Shown in pieces: positions 42,244-55,549 of a DNA stretch of 64,000 nucleotides. The notes beneath the pieces are model-generated. The model saw only the letters and a list, made by a program, of their open reading frames with translations. It was not told where the DNA came from and ran no database searches. The stretch comes from the human T2T-CHM13v2.0 reference genome, Homo sapiens. The first letter of the stretch is position 1, and every line of letters begins with the position of its first letter. The position numbers and the translations under genes were made by a program. The DNA is taken from assembly GCF_009914755.1 (NCBI RefSeq), contig NC_060945.1, one strand, 5' to 3'.

Positions 42244-42258
42244 GCCAGCAGGGAGCTC
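42244..42258 (+). promoter_or_regulatory. CTCF-like motif
   Basis: GCCAGCAGGGAGCTC matches the CTCF core CCASYAGRKGGC at 11 of 12 positions and lies in unique DNA. Confidence 0.4.
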
Positions 42259-42394
42259 TTCACATTTTGTGTATTCTTGAAGTATTCAGTAATAATAAGC
42301 ATATAGTTGTCTTTTAGAAAAGGTCAGCTACAACCATAGCTTTTGTCAGATCCCGTAGTAGTAACCAGCCATGGTCAGAACTACAGCCAATCTT

Positions 42395-42608
42395 ATGGTC
42401 TCCTAAACCTTCACCTCTATAGCTACAGCCGGGGACATAATTCCAGCATTAAAGGTGTTTATACAATAGGTTCCATGTATGGTAATAGGATTTGGAAGAT
42501 TTAGGATGGTCTCCTAAACCTTCACCTCCGCAGCTATCGCCAGGAGCATAATTCCAGTATCTAAAGGTGTTTATACAATAGGTGCCATACCTGGTAATAG
42601 GATTTGGA
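42395..42608. repeat. Tandem duplication, 111-bp period, two copies
   Basis: 'atggtctcctaaaccttcacctc...taaaggtgtttatacaatagg...tggtaataggatttgga' starts at 42395 and at 42506. Confidence 0.95.
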
Positions 42609-43099
42609 GAATCACTGATAACTATTCTTAAGTCACATGTCACCACCTCTCCAAGAATCCATACCACTAATACTTATGAAAGCATATCTCTTTTATTCAC
42701 TCTCCTAAATCTCCACAATAATCTATACAAAAGCATTTATTATCTTGGCCTCTTACATAACAGGATTCTTTTGTGATTGTAAAAGTGTTCCCTTTGAGTT
42801 TTCTAGGGAGTTAGGCATTTCCACAAATCAGTTTTGTGCATTTAATGAGCAGTGAATTCCACGTCCTCAATGTCCTTGTCTTCACTGAAATGTATTCATG
42901 ACAGTCACAAGCAACCTGAGTGTGCTGTGGTTCTCTAATTATACACCTGATCTTTCAGTCAATGCAAATGATGAGATTGTTCTCATAACTAAAAACCTCA
43001 TTCACCTTTTTCTCTAGAGCCAACTCATGTCTTGAATTTATTTGGAAACAACTTTGTATTTTTGGTTTCTACTTTATTTTCTTTTCCTGGAAGACCTGT

Positions 43100-45599
43100 A
43101 ATTTATTTATTTTTTTAGTTGCTGTAAAAACACTTAACATGAAATTAACTCTCTTAACAAATTTTTAAGTGCACAACACAGCATAGGTAAATATAGGCAT
43201 TATGTTGTACAGCAGATCTCAGAGCTTATTCTTCTTGCATCACTGATACTTTATACCCATTGAGTAGCAATTTCCCAGTTCTCCCTTCCTTCAGCCCCTG
43301 GCAACCACTATTCTACTTTCTGCTACTATAAGTTTGCCTATTTTAAATACCTCATGTAAGTAGAATCATACTTATTGGCTTATTTCACTTAGCATAATGT
43401 CTTCCAGGTTCATCCATATTGTTATATATGCCAGGATTTTCTTCCTTTTTAAGGCTGAAAAATATTCCATTGTATATATATACTACATTTTCTTTATTTA
43501 TTGATCAGCCAATAAACATTTAGGTAGTTTTCATATCTTGGCTATTTTGAATAATGCTGCAACAAAGATAGGAGTGCAAATATCTCTTAAGTTCCTGATT
43601 TCCATTATTTTAAATAGGTGCCCAGAAGTGTGATGGCTGAATCATATGGTAGCTTTACATTTTAATTTTTTGAGGAATGTTCATACCATTTTCCATACTG
43701 GCTGCACCATATTTTACATTTCCACCAACAGTGTACAGAGGTTCCAATTTCTCCATGTCCTCATCAATGGTTGTCTTTTTTATAATAGCCATCATAATAG
43801 GTATGAGATGGTATCTCATTGTGGTTTTGATTTGCATTCCCCTGATAATTAGTGATGTTGAGCATCTTTTCATGTACCTGTTGGTCATTTATATCTCTTC
43901 TCTGGAGAAATGCCTGTTAAGGTCTTTTGCCCATTTTTAATTGAGTTATTTGTTTGGGTTTTTTTTAATTTAGTTATTAGCTTGTATATATTGTGATTGT
44001 TAATCTCTTAACATATATATGATTTGAAAATATTGCCTCTGACTGCATAAGTTACCTTTCAATGTTGTTGGTTATTTCCCTTGCTGTGAAGAAGCTCTTT
44101 AGTTTGATATAGTACCACTTGTCTATTATGCTTTTTTTGCTTATGCTTTTGGTGTCATATCCAAGGTATCATAGCCAAGACCAATGATGTCATGAAGCTT
44201 TTCTCCTATGTTTTCTTCTACATGTTTTACAGTTTCAGGTCTTAGGTTAGTCTTTAATCCATTTTGAGTTGATTTTCATATATAATATAAATTAAGGGTC
44301 TGATGTTATTCTTTTTCATGTAGCTATCCAGTTCTTCCAACATTGTTCCTTGAAGGGACTGCTTTCCCCATTGTATATTCTTGCCACAATATGACAACTC
44401 CCAAAAGACCAGGTATAGAAGGAATTTACCACAATACTATGATGGTCACATATTAAAAGCCCACAACTAACATACTCAATTGTAAAAAAAATGGAAAGGT
44501 TTTCCTCTAAGGTCAAGAACAAGTCAAGGATGCTCATTCTGGCCATTTATATTTAAAATGCTACTTGAAGTTCTAGACAGAATAATTAGACAAGAAAAAT
44601 AAATAAAAGTCATACACATCAGAAAGGAAGAAGTAAAATTATCGCTACAAACGGCATGATCTTATGCACAGAAAACCCTAAAGACTTCACAGAAAAGCTG
44701 TTACAAGAAAATCAAAAACTTCAGTAAAGGTTCAGGATACAAAATCAACATACAAAAGTCAGTCGTGTTTATATACACTGACAACAAACTATCTAAAATG
44801 GAAATTAAGAAAATAATCCTATTTGTGATAGTATCAAAAAGAATAAAATAGGAATAAATTTAAGAAGATGAAAGATTTGTGCATTGAAAGCTACAAAGCA
44901 TGTATGAAAGAAATTAGACAAAATAAATGGAAAGATTTCTGATGTTTACGAATTGGATAACAATATTATTAAAATGTCCATATTACCCAAAGTGGTCTAC
45001 CAATACCAATTTTAATGCAGTACCTATAAAATCCCAGTGACAGTTTTCATAGAGATAAGAAAAACAATTCTGAAATTAATATAAAACCACAAAGGACCCA
45101 AAACACCCAAAGCAATTTTGAGAAAAAAGAACAAAGATAGAGGCATCACAATTTCTGATTTCAAAATATATTATAAAAATACAATAATTAAAACGGTATG
45201 AGATGGCATAACAAAGACATATAAACCAATGAAACAGGCCAGGTGTGGTGGCTCACGCCTGTAATCCCAGCACTTGGAGGGCGGAGGTGGGTGGATTACC
45301 TGAGACCAGGAGTTTGAGACCAGTCTGGCCAACATGGCAAAACCCCGTCTTTCCTAAAATAGAAAAGTTAGCTAGGCATGGTGGAGCATGCCTGTAGTGT
45401 CAGTTATTCAGGAAGCTCAGGCAGGAGAATCCCTAGAACCCAAGAGGTGGAGGTTGCAGTGAGCTAATATCACGCCACTGCACTCCAGCCTGGGTGACAG
45501 AGTGAGACACTGTCTCAAAAACAAGCAAACAAAAAAATGAAGTAAAAGAGAGACCCCAAAAATAAACCCATGTTTATACAGACAACTGATATTGGCAAT
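43100..45599 (-). mobile_element. 5'-inverted (twin-primed) L1MA9/10-like element: 3' part on - (43100-44387), inverted part on + (about 44392-45599), interrupted by an Alu
   Basis: The + segment ends 'caactgatattggcaa' and the - segment begins (rc) 'gtggcaagaatatacaatggggaaag'. These are adjacent in the ORF2 consensus. Confidence 0.83.
45237..45537 (+). mobile_element. Full-length AluS
   Basis: 'ggccaggtgtggtggctcacgcctgtaatcccagc' to an A-rich tail. Degenerate TSD 'aatgaa'. Confidence 0.92.
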
Positions 45600-46260
45600 T
45601 AACTTTGAATAAATTCTGTATACCTTGTCCTTTCACAATTTTTGATTTAGCAATTTATCAGGAATTATTTTAATAACTGCTTCACATGGTAGTTTTTAGG
45701 AGAAGAAATAAAAAACTCATTGTAAATTATAAGGCTTCATACAAATATAAGATGTTATGACTCATTATAACTTTCCAAAGTTATCTTTTATTTTACATTA
45801 GGTTGAAGACATTAATACTCAGAAAATTCGGCTTGGAAACTTAGTTGAATTTGGCCAAAAATTTTTTAAATCAGCTTTTTAAAAATGACCCTGTTAAACA
45901 TTTACACAAAAAGCAACTTTTATTTTTAAATTAGCTAGTTTGGCTAAATTTGAATACTTCTAGTAAATTAATAAAACTAGGTTCAGTTATAGCTTGAAGA
46001 TTTTTTTTTTCAGTGTTTTGCAAATTATCATGTTTTAATCCCTTGAAATAGTAAGCAAGTAGAATCATTGTAACATTATGCTGGGAAGCTCTATTTTCAG
46101 AGAACATAAATTTAATTGATAGCAGCTCAGCTTTTTTCCATTTAACACTATGAACTTGTTGGTAATATTTTATTAGAAGTTAGATTTCTATGGCTAAAAG
46201 TGAGTTTGAAAAATACTGCTTTGTGTTATATTTTATAGACTCCATAAAACCTGTCATATA

Positions 46261-46608
<348 letters not shown>

Positions 46609-46654
46609 CTACAGTTATTTTATTAATTTATGGGGGAGCATATATAAATTACTT

Positions 46655-47800
46655 AATAAAATTTATTTTTAAAGGAGTTCTACATTCACAAAAAAACTGA
46701 GCAGAGCACAGAGTTCCTATACATACCCTTCCCTCACCTATGCACCCCCATTATGAACATCCCCACCAGGGTGGTACATTTGCTACAATTGATGAACCTA
46801 TATTGACACATCATCACCAAAATTCCATAATTTACATTAGGGTTTATTCATGGTGTTGTACATTCTATGGATTTTGAAAAATATATAATGACATGTAGCC
46901 ACCACTAAATATACAGAATAGTTTCACTGCCCTAAATCTCCTCTGTGCTCCATCTATTCATTTCTCCCTCCCCTCAATTCCTGGCAACTAATGAGCTCTT
47001 AACTGTCTTTATAGTTTTGCCTTTTCCAGATTGTCATGGGGTTGGAATGATACAGTATACAGCCTTTTCAGATTGGTTGCTTTCACTCAGTAATTTGCAT
47101 TTCAGGTTCTCCAGGTCTTTTCAGGACTGGACAGCTCATTTTTTTTAAGTTCTTGACAGCTCATTTCTTTTAAGTCCTGGATAGTATTTCGTTGTCTAAA
47201 TGTAGAACAGTTTATTTATCAATTCACCTATTGAAGGATGAAGGACATCTGGTTTGCTTCCAAGCTTTAACAATTATGAATAAATCTGCCATAAACATTA
47301 GTGTGCAAGTTTTTGTATGGACATACATTTTCAATTCCTTTATGCAAATGATAAAGAGTGTTATTGCTGGGTTATGTGATAAGAGTATGTTTAGTTTTGT
47401 AAGATACCACCAAATTGTCTTTCAAAGAAACCACAATTTGGCATTCTCTCCATCTGGTAGGTGAGAGTTCCTGTTGCTCTACATCCTTGTCAACGTTTGG
47501 CATTGTCAATGACCATTCTAGTCGGTTTTTGCTAATACCTCATTATAGTTTTAATTTGCAACTCCTTAATGAAATATGATGTTGAGCATCTTTTCATATG
47601 CCTATTTGCCATCTGTACATATTCTTCAATGAGGTGTTTGTTCAGGTCTTTTGTCTACTTTTGAATCTAGTCATTCATTTCTTATTGTTGAATTTTAAGA
47701 AAGTTTTGTGTATTTTGGATAAGAGCCCTTTATCAGTTGTGTCTTAGCAAATATTTTCTCCCATTCTGTGGCTTATTTTCTCATTTACTTGACATCCATT
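46655..47800 (-). mobile_element. L1MC1/2-like 3' portion
   Basis: 'catcccccaccagggtggtacatttgctacaattgatgaacc..tacattagggtt' and ORF2-end motifs. Confidence 0.85.
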
Positions 47801-49587
47801 AACTTTGAAATCAAATCTGCACTCTGTATTTCAAACCTTACACAAATATGTGTTATGGATTGTTTTAATACCATCTCTATTTGACTTCACTAACAACCAT
47901 TTTGTTCTTCCTTTTAAAGTCATTCAAATCTCACATTCTTACTGAGGATATCACTAAGTGACCACGTTATATCTTCTAAACAAAATGCAAAAGAAATGGA
48001 AACAGAAGACACCAAAGGAATATCTTTCATTCTGATTACCTAAACTCATGACATTGAGAATATTGGCATTGAAAAAGACCTACCGTCCTATGACAAAACC
48101 ACCATGTTTCCAGATACTTTTTAAAGTATAAATATAACATTGGAGATTTGTTTCATTTCATTATGCTATGCGTAACATAGCCATCAGTTTTCATATTTAA
48201 ACTTTTCCTGATCAAGGACATAATCTGTATTCAGCATGTTGGCTGGCCACAGGACATTCTTTGCTAGCAAGCAAATTACTTTAAAATATTTAAAAATAAT
48301 ACCTTAAAGGAAAAAGCACAGAAACTTACCTCCATTTAAAGTACATAAGGACAAATGGGAGGAAAATGTTTGGTTCATTATTTTACTGAATCGTGGTTGA
48401 AGTTATGGCCATAAATAAATTTGAAATTATATTCATAACTGTATCTTACTCAAGACCCTAGGACAATTGGCACAATTACACATAATGGCAAGCACATTGC
48501 ATTTCCCTCGTGTTGTTTTATGTACAGAGAGGGTAGTTTTACTATATGCAATGATCTTTTAATATTGGAAAAATACTTGAGAGTATTGGAGATCACATTT
48601 GTACCAGTGAAAGTGGATAATAAGTGCTTTAAAATTAAAAAAAAAAAGTACCAGTGAAGGTCAGAATTTGAAGATGTATGTAGGTGGTAGAAATCTTGGC
48701 CCACAAACTCGAATGTGAAAAACACGTTTTCATTATTTGAATCAGTGTATTATGTTTCTAAACTCCTGTGCCAGTACACAAAAATAGAATGTATCCCTTC
48801 TTTGGGAGAGTCCACCATTTTAACTGTATTCAGCCTCTTTAAAAATTACTCTGAGTCCCATTTTTTTAATCTAAAAAAAGAAGCATAAATGACCTATGTA
48901 AGTCACAATAAAAATTAAACATACTAGTCAGAGATATGGATAGCAATTTATACCTCTGTTCCCCTTCATTTTCACTGATGACTGATTCTCTGTCTCAGCA
49001 TTTTCTAAATTTACTATGCCCAAATATTTTCCATCTTAAGAACAATTTCCTCTTTGCCTTGTATTTTCCTTTACCATATCCCTTTTCTTTTTATTTTTAC
49101 AATAAATTTCATTATTTTTTACTTCATAAATAATTCATGAACATATAATTTAAAACAAATAGATCATTACAGAAAAAGCCAAAGACCATTTTGAAAATGA
49201 CTACTAATCAATGTCCCCTCCTCCTCTGCAAATAAAGCAAACTAATTTACCAATTGGAAAACTTACTGCAAAACTTATTTTTCTTTTTCTCTGCATTTAA
49301 CATATAAATAACTAGCTTTAGAAAATACATTAGGAAGTGGTATACTTTAACCCCAAATGAAATATTATGTACAATTCTTCCATTAAGTTTTCCTCTTAAA
49401 ATACCTTTAAAAATCTTTCTAGCTATGTCTCTCATTAAAAATCAAAACAATAAGGCATTGCATAGAATTACATAGCATGAATATGTCATATTAATAGTTT
49501 ATACACACTTATATTGCTAAACATGTAGGTTATTTGTAATTTTTCCCTGTCAGAAACACTATTACATTGTGTTACAAATGTGAATTC

Positions 49588-51848
49588 TACATTAGTTTGC
49601 TTCCATGCTGCTGATAAAGACACCCTAGACTGGGTAATTTATACAGGAAAAAGATTTTAATAGACTTAGAGTTCCGCATGACTGAGGAGGCCTCACAATC
49701 ATGGCAGAAGGCAAGGAGGAGCAAGTCACATCTTACATGGATGGCTGCTGGAAAAGAGAGAGCTTGTGCAGAGAAACTCTCCCTTATAGAACCATCAGAT
49801 CTTGTCAGATTTTTTTCACTATCACGAGAACAGCACAGGAAATCCTGCTCCCATGATTCAATTACCTCCCACTGGGTCACTCCCACAATATGTGGGAAAT
49901 CAAGATGTGATTTGCGTAGGGACACAGCCAAACCATATCATTCCACCACTGGCCCCTCCTAGACCTCATGTCCTCACATTTCAAAACCAATCACACCTTC
50001 TCAACAGTCCCCAAAGTCTTAACTCATTTCAGCATTAACTCAAAAGTCCACAGTCCAAAGTCTTATCTGAGACAAGGCTTCCTTCCTTCCCTTCTGCCTA
50101 TGAGCCTGTAAAATCAAAAGCAGGTTAGTTACTTCCCAGATACAATGGGGGTACAGGCATTGGGTAAATGAAGCCATTCCAAATGGGAGAAATTGGCCAA
50201 AACAAAGGGGTTACAGGGCCTGTGCAAGTCTAAAATCCAGCAGGGCAGTCAAATTTTAAAGCTCCAAAATGATCTCCTTTGAAACCATGTCTCACATCCA
50301 GGTCACACTTATGCAACAGATAGGCTCTCATGGCCTTGGACAGCTCTGCCCCTGTGGCTTTGCAGGGTATAGCCCCCATCCCCATCCTGGCTGCTTTCAT
50401 GGAATGGCGTTGAGTACATTTCCAAGCACACAATACAAGCTGTTGGTGGATGTACTATTCTGGGGTTGCGGGGATGGTGGCCCTCTTCTCGCAGGTCCAC
50501 TAGGTGGTGCCCCAGTAGGGATTCTGTATGGGGTCTCTGACCCCACATTTCCCTTTCACACTGGTCTAGTGGAGGTTCACCATGAGGGCCTCACTCCCAC
50601 AGCAAACTTCTGCCTGGGCATTCAAGTGTTTCCATATATCCTCTGAAATCTAGGTATAGTTCCCCAAACCTCAATTTTTGACTTCCATGCACCCACAGGC
50701 TCAGCACCACATGCAAGCTGCCAAGGCTTGAAACTTGCCCCTCTGAAGCAACAGCCCAAGCTGTACCTTGGCCCCTTTTAGCTGTGGCTGGAGCAGCTGA
50801 GACACAGGGCACCAAGTTCCTAGTGGGAGTCCTGGGACCAGTCCATGAAATCATTCTTTTCCCCTAGGCTTCTGGGCCTGTGATTGGAGGGGCTGCCACA
50901 AAGGTCTCTGACATGTCCTGGAGACATTTTCCCCATTGTCTTGGGGATTAACATTTGGCTCCTCATTACTGATGCAAATTTCTGCAGCTGGCTTGAATAT
51001 CTCTTGAGAAAATGAAATTTTCTTTTCTATTGCATTGTCAGGCTGCAAATTTTTCAATCTTTTATGCTCTGCTTCTCTTATAAAACTGAATGCCTTTAAC
51101 AGCACCCAAGTCACCTCTTGAATGCTTTGCTGCTTAGAAATGTCTTCGGCCAGATACCCTAAATCATCTCTCTCAAGTTAAAAGTTCTGCAAGTCTAGGG
51201 CAGGGGCAAAATGCTGCCAGCCTCTTTGCTAAAACATAGCAAGAGTCGCTTTTGCTCCATTTCCCAACAAGTTCCTCATCTCCATCTGAGACCTCCTCAA
51301 CCTGGATTTCATTGTCCATATCATTATCAACATTTTGGTCAAAGCCATTCAACAGGTCTCTAGGGAGTTCCAACGTTCCCACATTTTCCTATCTTCTTCT
51401 GAGCCCTCCAAACTGTTCCAACCCTGCCTGTTACCCAGTTCCAAAGTCACTTCCACATTTTCAGGTATCTTTTCTGCAGGTCCCCACTCTACTGGTTCCA
51501 ATTTACTCTATTAGTTCATTTTCACACTTCCCAAAAAGACATACCTGAGACTGGGTAATTTATACAGGAAAGGGGTTTAATGGACTTACCATTCCACGTG
51601 GCTGGGGAGGCCTCACAATCATGGCGGAAGGTGAAATGCATGTCTTACATTGGTGGGAAGCAAGAGAGAGCTTGTGCAGAGAAACTCCCCCTTATAGAAC
51701 CATCAGATCTGGTGAGACTTATTCGCTATCACAAGAACAGCACAGGAAAGACCTGCCCCCATGATTCAATTACACTTCACCAGTTGCCTCCCACAACATG
51801 TAGGAATTCAAGATGAGATTTGGGTAGGGACACAGCCAAACCATATCA
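49588..51848 (-). mobile_element. Full-length THE1B-type MaLR provirus (3' LTR about 49588-49940, internal 49941-51506, 5' LTR 51507-51848)
   Basis: Two LTRs ending 'cagccaaaccatatca'. Internal ORF fragments ('MTWVLLKAFSFIREAEHK..') are homologous to those of the 19-kb copy. Confidence 0.95.
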
Positions 51849-52204
51849 CTCTATATATGTCTCAGAGTAGTTTTTAGTGTTCTGTACAACATATATATTT
51901 TAAAAAAAACATTTTGTGTTGTAGGGCATGTACATTTTTAAAAATAGATACTAAAAAGAATGTTCTCTGATTCTCTTATTATACTGTAATTCACAATGTA
52001 TGAGAATACTCATTCACCCACACTTTTGCTTAATATATGAGGAAGTTTTAATTTTAATAAATGCGATTGGTGAAAATGGTTTGTTAATCTCTTAATTTGC
52101 ATTACCCCATTATTGGTGAACTTGAGCATCATTTTAATTTTTCTGGATACTTGCATTTTCACTTCTTTAAATTTCTCTTCAAATCCTTTGCTTATTTGTT
52201 TTTT

Positions 52205-52545
52205 GAGTTTTAATTTTTTATTGCTGTAGAATATACATAACATAAATTCTACTATCTTAGCCATTTTTAAATGAACAGTTCAGTGTCATTAAGTACACTC
52301 AATTTGTGGTGTATCCATCACCACTCTCCATCTCTAGACCATTTTCATTATCCCAAACTGAAACTCTGAACTTAATAAACACTAAATTACCAATTCCCTC
52401 TCCCCCAGGCCCTGGCAAGTACTATTTTACTTTCTGTTTCCATGAATTTGGCTATTATAGATACCTTATATATGTGGAATCATACAATACTTTGTTTACC
52501 CATTTGCATCTGGCTTGTTTCACTTAGCATAATATATTCAAAGCC
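52205..52545 (-). mobile_element. L1MB-type 3' end fragment within older L1ME remnants
   Basis: 'atacataacataaa..ccatttttaaatgaacagttcagtg..cccaaactgaaactctg..ccctggcaa'. Confidence 0.75.
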
Positions 52546-52701
52546 TTTGCTCATTCATTATTGAGTTGTCTTTTCTTATTATCTTTATGACTATAGATAT
52601 TAGTAATATATTCTTGATTGATAAATTCCACTGCTCAAAAACCACCTGTAGTAAAACAAAGTTAGATCTATTAATTTGCAGCATCAACAAAGAGTATATA
52701 A

Positions 52702-52740
52702 TGTGTGTGTGTGTGTGTGTGAGTGTGTGTGTGTGTGTGT
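52702..52740. repeat. (TG)n microsatellite, about 19 units with one interruption
   Basis: Read directly from the sequence. Confidence 0.95.
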
Positions 52741-52793
52741 TGAGGCGGTGGGAAGTTATCTTTGAGCATCACAAAAGATGGGGGAAGGGCAAG

Positions 52794-53157
52794 TGTTATG
52801 GACTGAATATCTGTGTCCCCCAACAAAATTTATATGTTGATATCCCGACCCCTAATGTGATGGTATTAGGAGATGGGATCTGAAGAAAGTGATTTGATTA
52901 TAAAAGTGGAACCCTCATGAATGGGATTAGTACTCTTATTTAAAAAGATTCCAGAGACCTTCCTCACTCCTTCTGCAACATGATGGTACAGCAGGAAGGC
53001 ACCATCCATGAATGTGGCAGATGGCTCCTACTAAATCTGCTGGTAATGTGAATCTTGGACTTCCCAGCCTCTAGAGCTGTGAGAAATAAATGTCTGTTTT
53101 TTAATAATCTACCCAGCCTATGATATTTTGTTATAGCAGCTCAAACAGACTAAGACA
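52794..53157 (+). mobile_element. MLT1A0-like solo LTR
   Basis: 'tgttatggactgaat..ccctcatgaatgggattag..ttggacttcccagcctc..gactaagaca'. Confidence 0.88.
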
Positions 53158-54724
53158 TCACCCGTTGAGGAAGAATATTTATAAAGTTTTGAGGGCTGAT
53201 ATTACATCATCAGATTGCATTGGCAAGAATTGGTATGATTTGTAAATTAGGATGTTACTGGAATATTCAATGGCTTTCTTTAGAATATATAATCTCTGTA
53301 AAGTCACTTTTAGACAAATTTGTCTGTGGTCTTATCTTAAACTATTTAAATTTCATTAAAATGGTGTTAAAACATTTTGAACTTAGTCTGTAATATACTT
53401 ATAACTTAATCTGGTCATGATGTGTGTGACTCAGGATATGTTTTGTAAGTTGTGATTTATGCTTAAATCTCAGTTTTCCATTCCGTGTAGCTTCCACAGG
53501 GTCATGTTTCACTCTTTAGCATAATAATTATTTGTTTATTAAATACAATAGAAATATTTTCTCAAAGTTGCTACATTAACTTTATTATGTGTTTTCTTTT
53601 AGTCAAATTATTTTATATTTTACTTTTTTCTTAAGACAATCTTTAATTGACCTATAAATTCATAAGATATTCTTCTATGTTTTCTTTTTTAATTAAGGTG
53701 AAATTTACATAATATAAAATTAATTATTTGGAGTGTAATTTAGTGCACTGACAGTGCTGTGCAATCACCACTTCTATCAAGTTCCAAAATATTTTCATCA
53801 ACCCAAAAGGAAATACCACACCTATTCAAGGGTTGCTTCTCTTTCTTCTCTTCCACAGTTTCCATATTTTGTTAATGTTTTCTAGTTGCTAAATTTTATT
53901 TTTAGAACTTTAATCTATTGGGGAATATATTAGGTTTGGTTCCGATTTTTTAATTGAATTGTAATTGCCACATTTATTACATACCAAATATTTCTTTTAC
54001 TGTAAGTCCATTTCTGCATGTTCTACTTCATTCACTTCATTAATCTATCAATTCATCTTCCAAAATATAATTCCAATCACTATACCTTTACTACATGTCT
54101 TAATATCTGGTAATACAAATCTTACCTTTATGTTCTTTTTATTAATTTTTTTGCAAATGCCTTTAAATGTCAAGGATGACAACTTTAAAAGAAGAGCTAA
54201 AAAAGACTGAAAAGCTGAGCAGAGCTTTCAGTGGTCACCAGGCACTCAATAGAAGAAAAGTACATTTGAGAATTTGCTAAAAGAGAAATTTTACTAAAAA
54301 GTCAAAGCTGTCTCACCTGATACGCCTAGAAGGCTATATCTTAGGGAAAGTGGTTAAATCAGAGGTAGAGAAAGTTTTACAAAGTGTAAAATCCGGGTTA
54401 GTTAATTTCCTGATTGAACTGAGGAAATCTGTCTTTATGCAAGCTGTTGGAAGGTAGAACTAATCATATCAGTAGGAAAAATATTATACAGTTCTTCAAC
54501 AGTTTTCTAAATATACAATGTTTAGTACTCAAAAAATTACTATGAATGCAAGAAACAAGACTAAGAGAAAATAACACAATAGATCAAGACCCACAGGCGA
54601 TCCAGATAGCATAAACATCAGTTGTGATATATAAAATACTAGCGATTAATAGGATCAAAAAGTAGATGAAAAGAGTAAGAATTCTACCAGAGAATTGAAA
54701 TTTATTTTTAAAATCAAGTGTAAA

Positions 54725-55058
54725 TGTTTTAGTTCATTTTCTGTCATTTATAACAGAATACTTGAAACTGGGTAATATATAAAGAAAAGAAATTTATTTC
54801 TGACACTTATGGAGGCTGAGAAGTCCAAGGTCACTGGTCCACTTCTGGTGAGATATTCTTGCTGGTGGGGACTCTCCTCAGAGTTCCAAGGTGGCAAAGG
54901 GCATCACAAGACAGGGTGACTCAATGGGCTAGGTCAGATCTCTTTCCTTTTCTTATAAAGCCACCAGTTCCATGCCATGATAACCTATTAATTCATTAAC
55001 CCACCAATCCATTAATTCATAAGTCTATGAATGAATTAAGCCTTCATGAGGGCAGAGA
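54725..55058 (-). mobile_element. MST (MSTB1/C/D-like) LTR, truncated, inside an old + strand L1M remnant (about 54200-57780)
   Basis: 'ttagttcattttctg..aactgggtaat..ggaggctgagaagtccaagg..cttataaagccaccagt..tcatgagggcagag'. Confidence 0.78.
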
Positions 55059-55549
55059 ACAACATTTATTTATTTCATAAAACATTATTATTTTATCTTC
55101 AAAATAAAAATACAGTAGAAAGGTATTAAAGCTAAAAGTTTATTCTTTTGAAACACTAATAAAATGAACAAACTTTGTACTATCAAAGGAATAGAAAAAA
55201 ACAAATAAATTACCACTGTTGCTAGTAATAGATATATGACAATATATTCTGCAGAACATAAATGTAATAAGAAATCATTCTAGGTAACCTTATACCAGTG
55301 CATTTGAAAATATAAAGAAATAGACATGACTTGAAAGTAATAAAAGAGGAAATACAACACTTAAATAATTCTATATCTATTACAAAAAGTGAATCTTTAA
55401 TTTAAAACATCTCGTAAGGTAATATCAGGCCTAAAGGGCTTCAATGGGCTATATTCTCAATCACTCAAGGGAGAAATAATGCCAACCTAATGTAAACTAA
55501 ACTAGATTATAGAAAAAGAGGATAGCAATGGTCATAATAGCCTTGATTT

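Noticed and set aside
42395-42608. Repeat with conserved blocks and variable gaps, superficially CRISPR-like
   Set aside because: There are only two units, the 'spacers' are homologous, the context is eukaryotic, and no cas genes are present.
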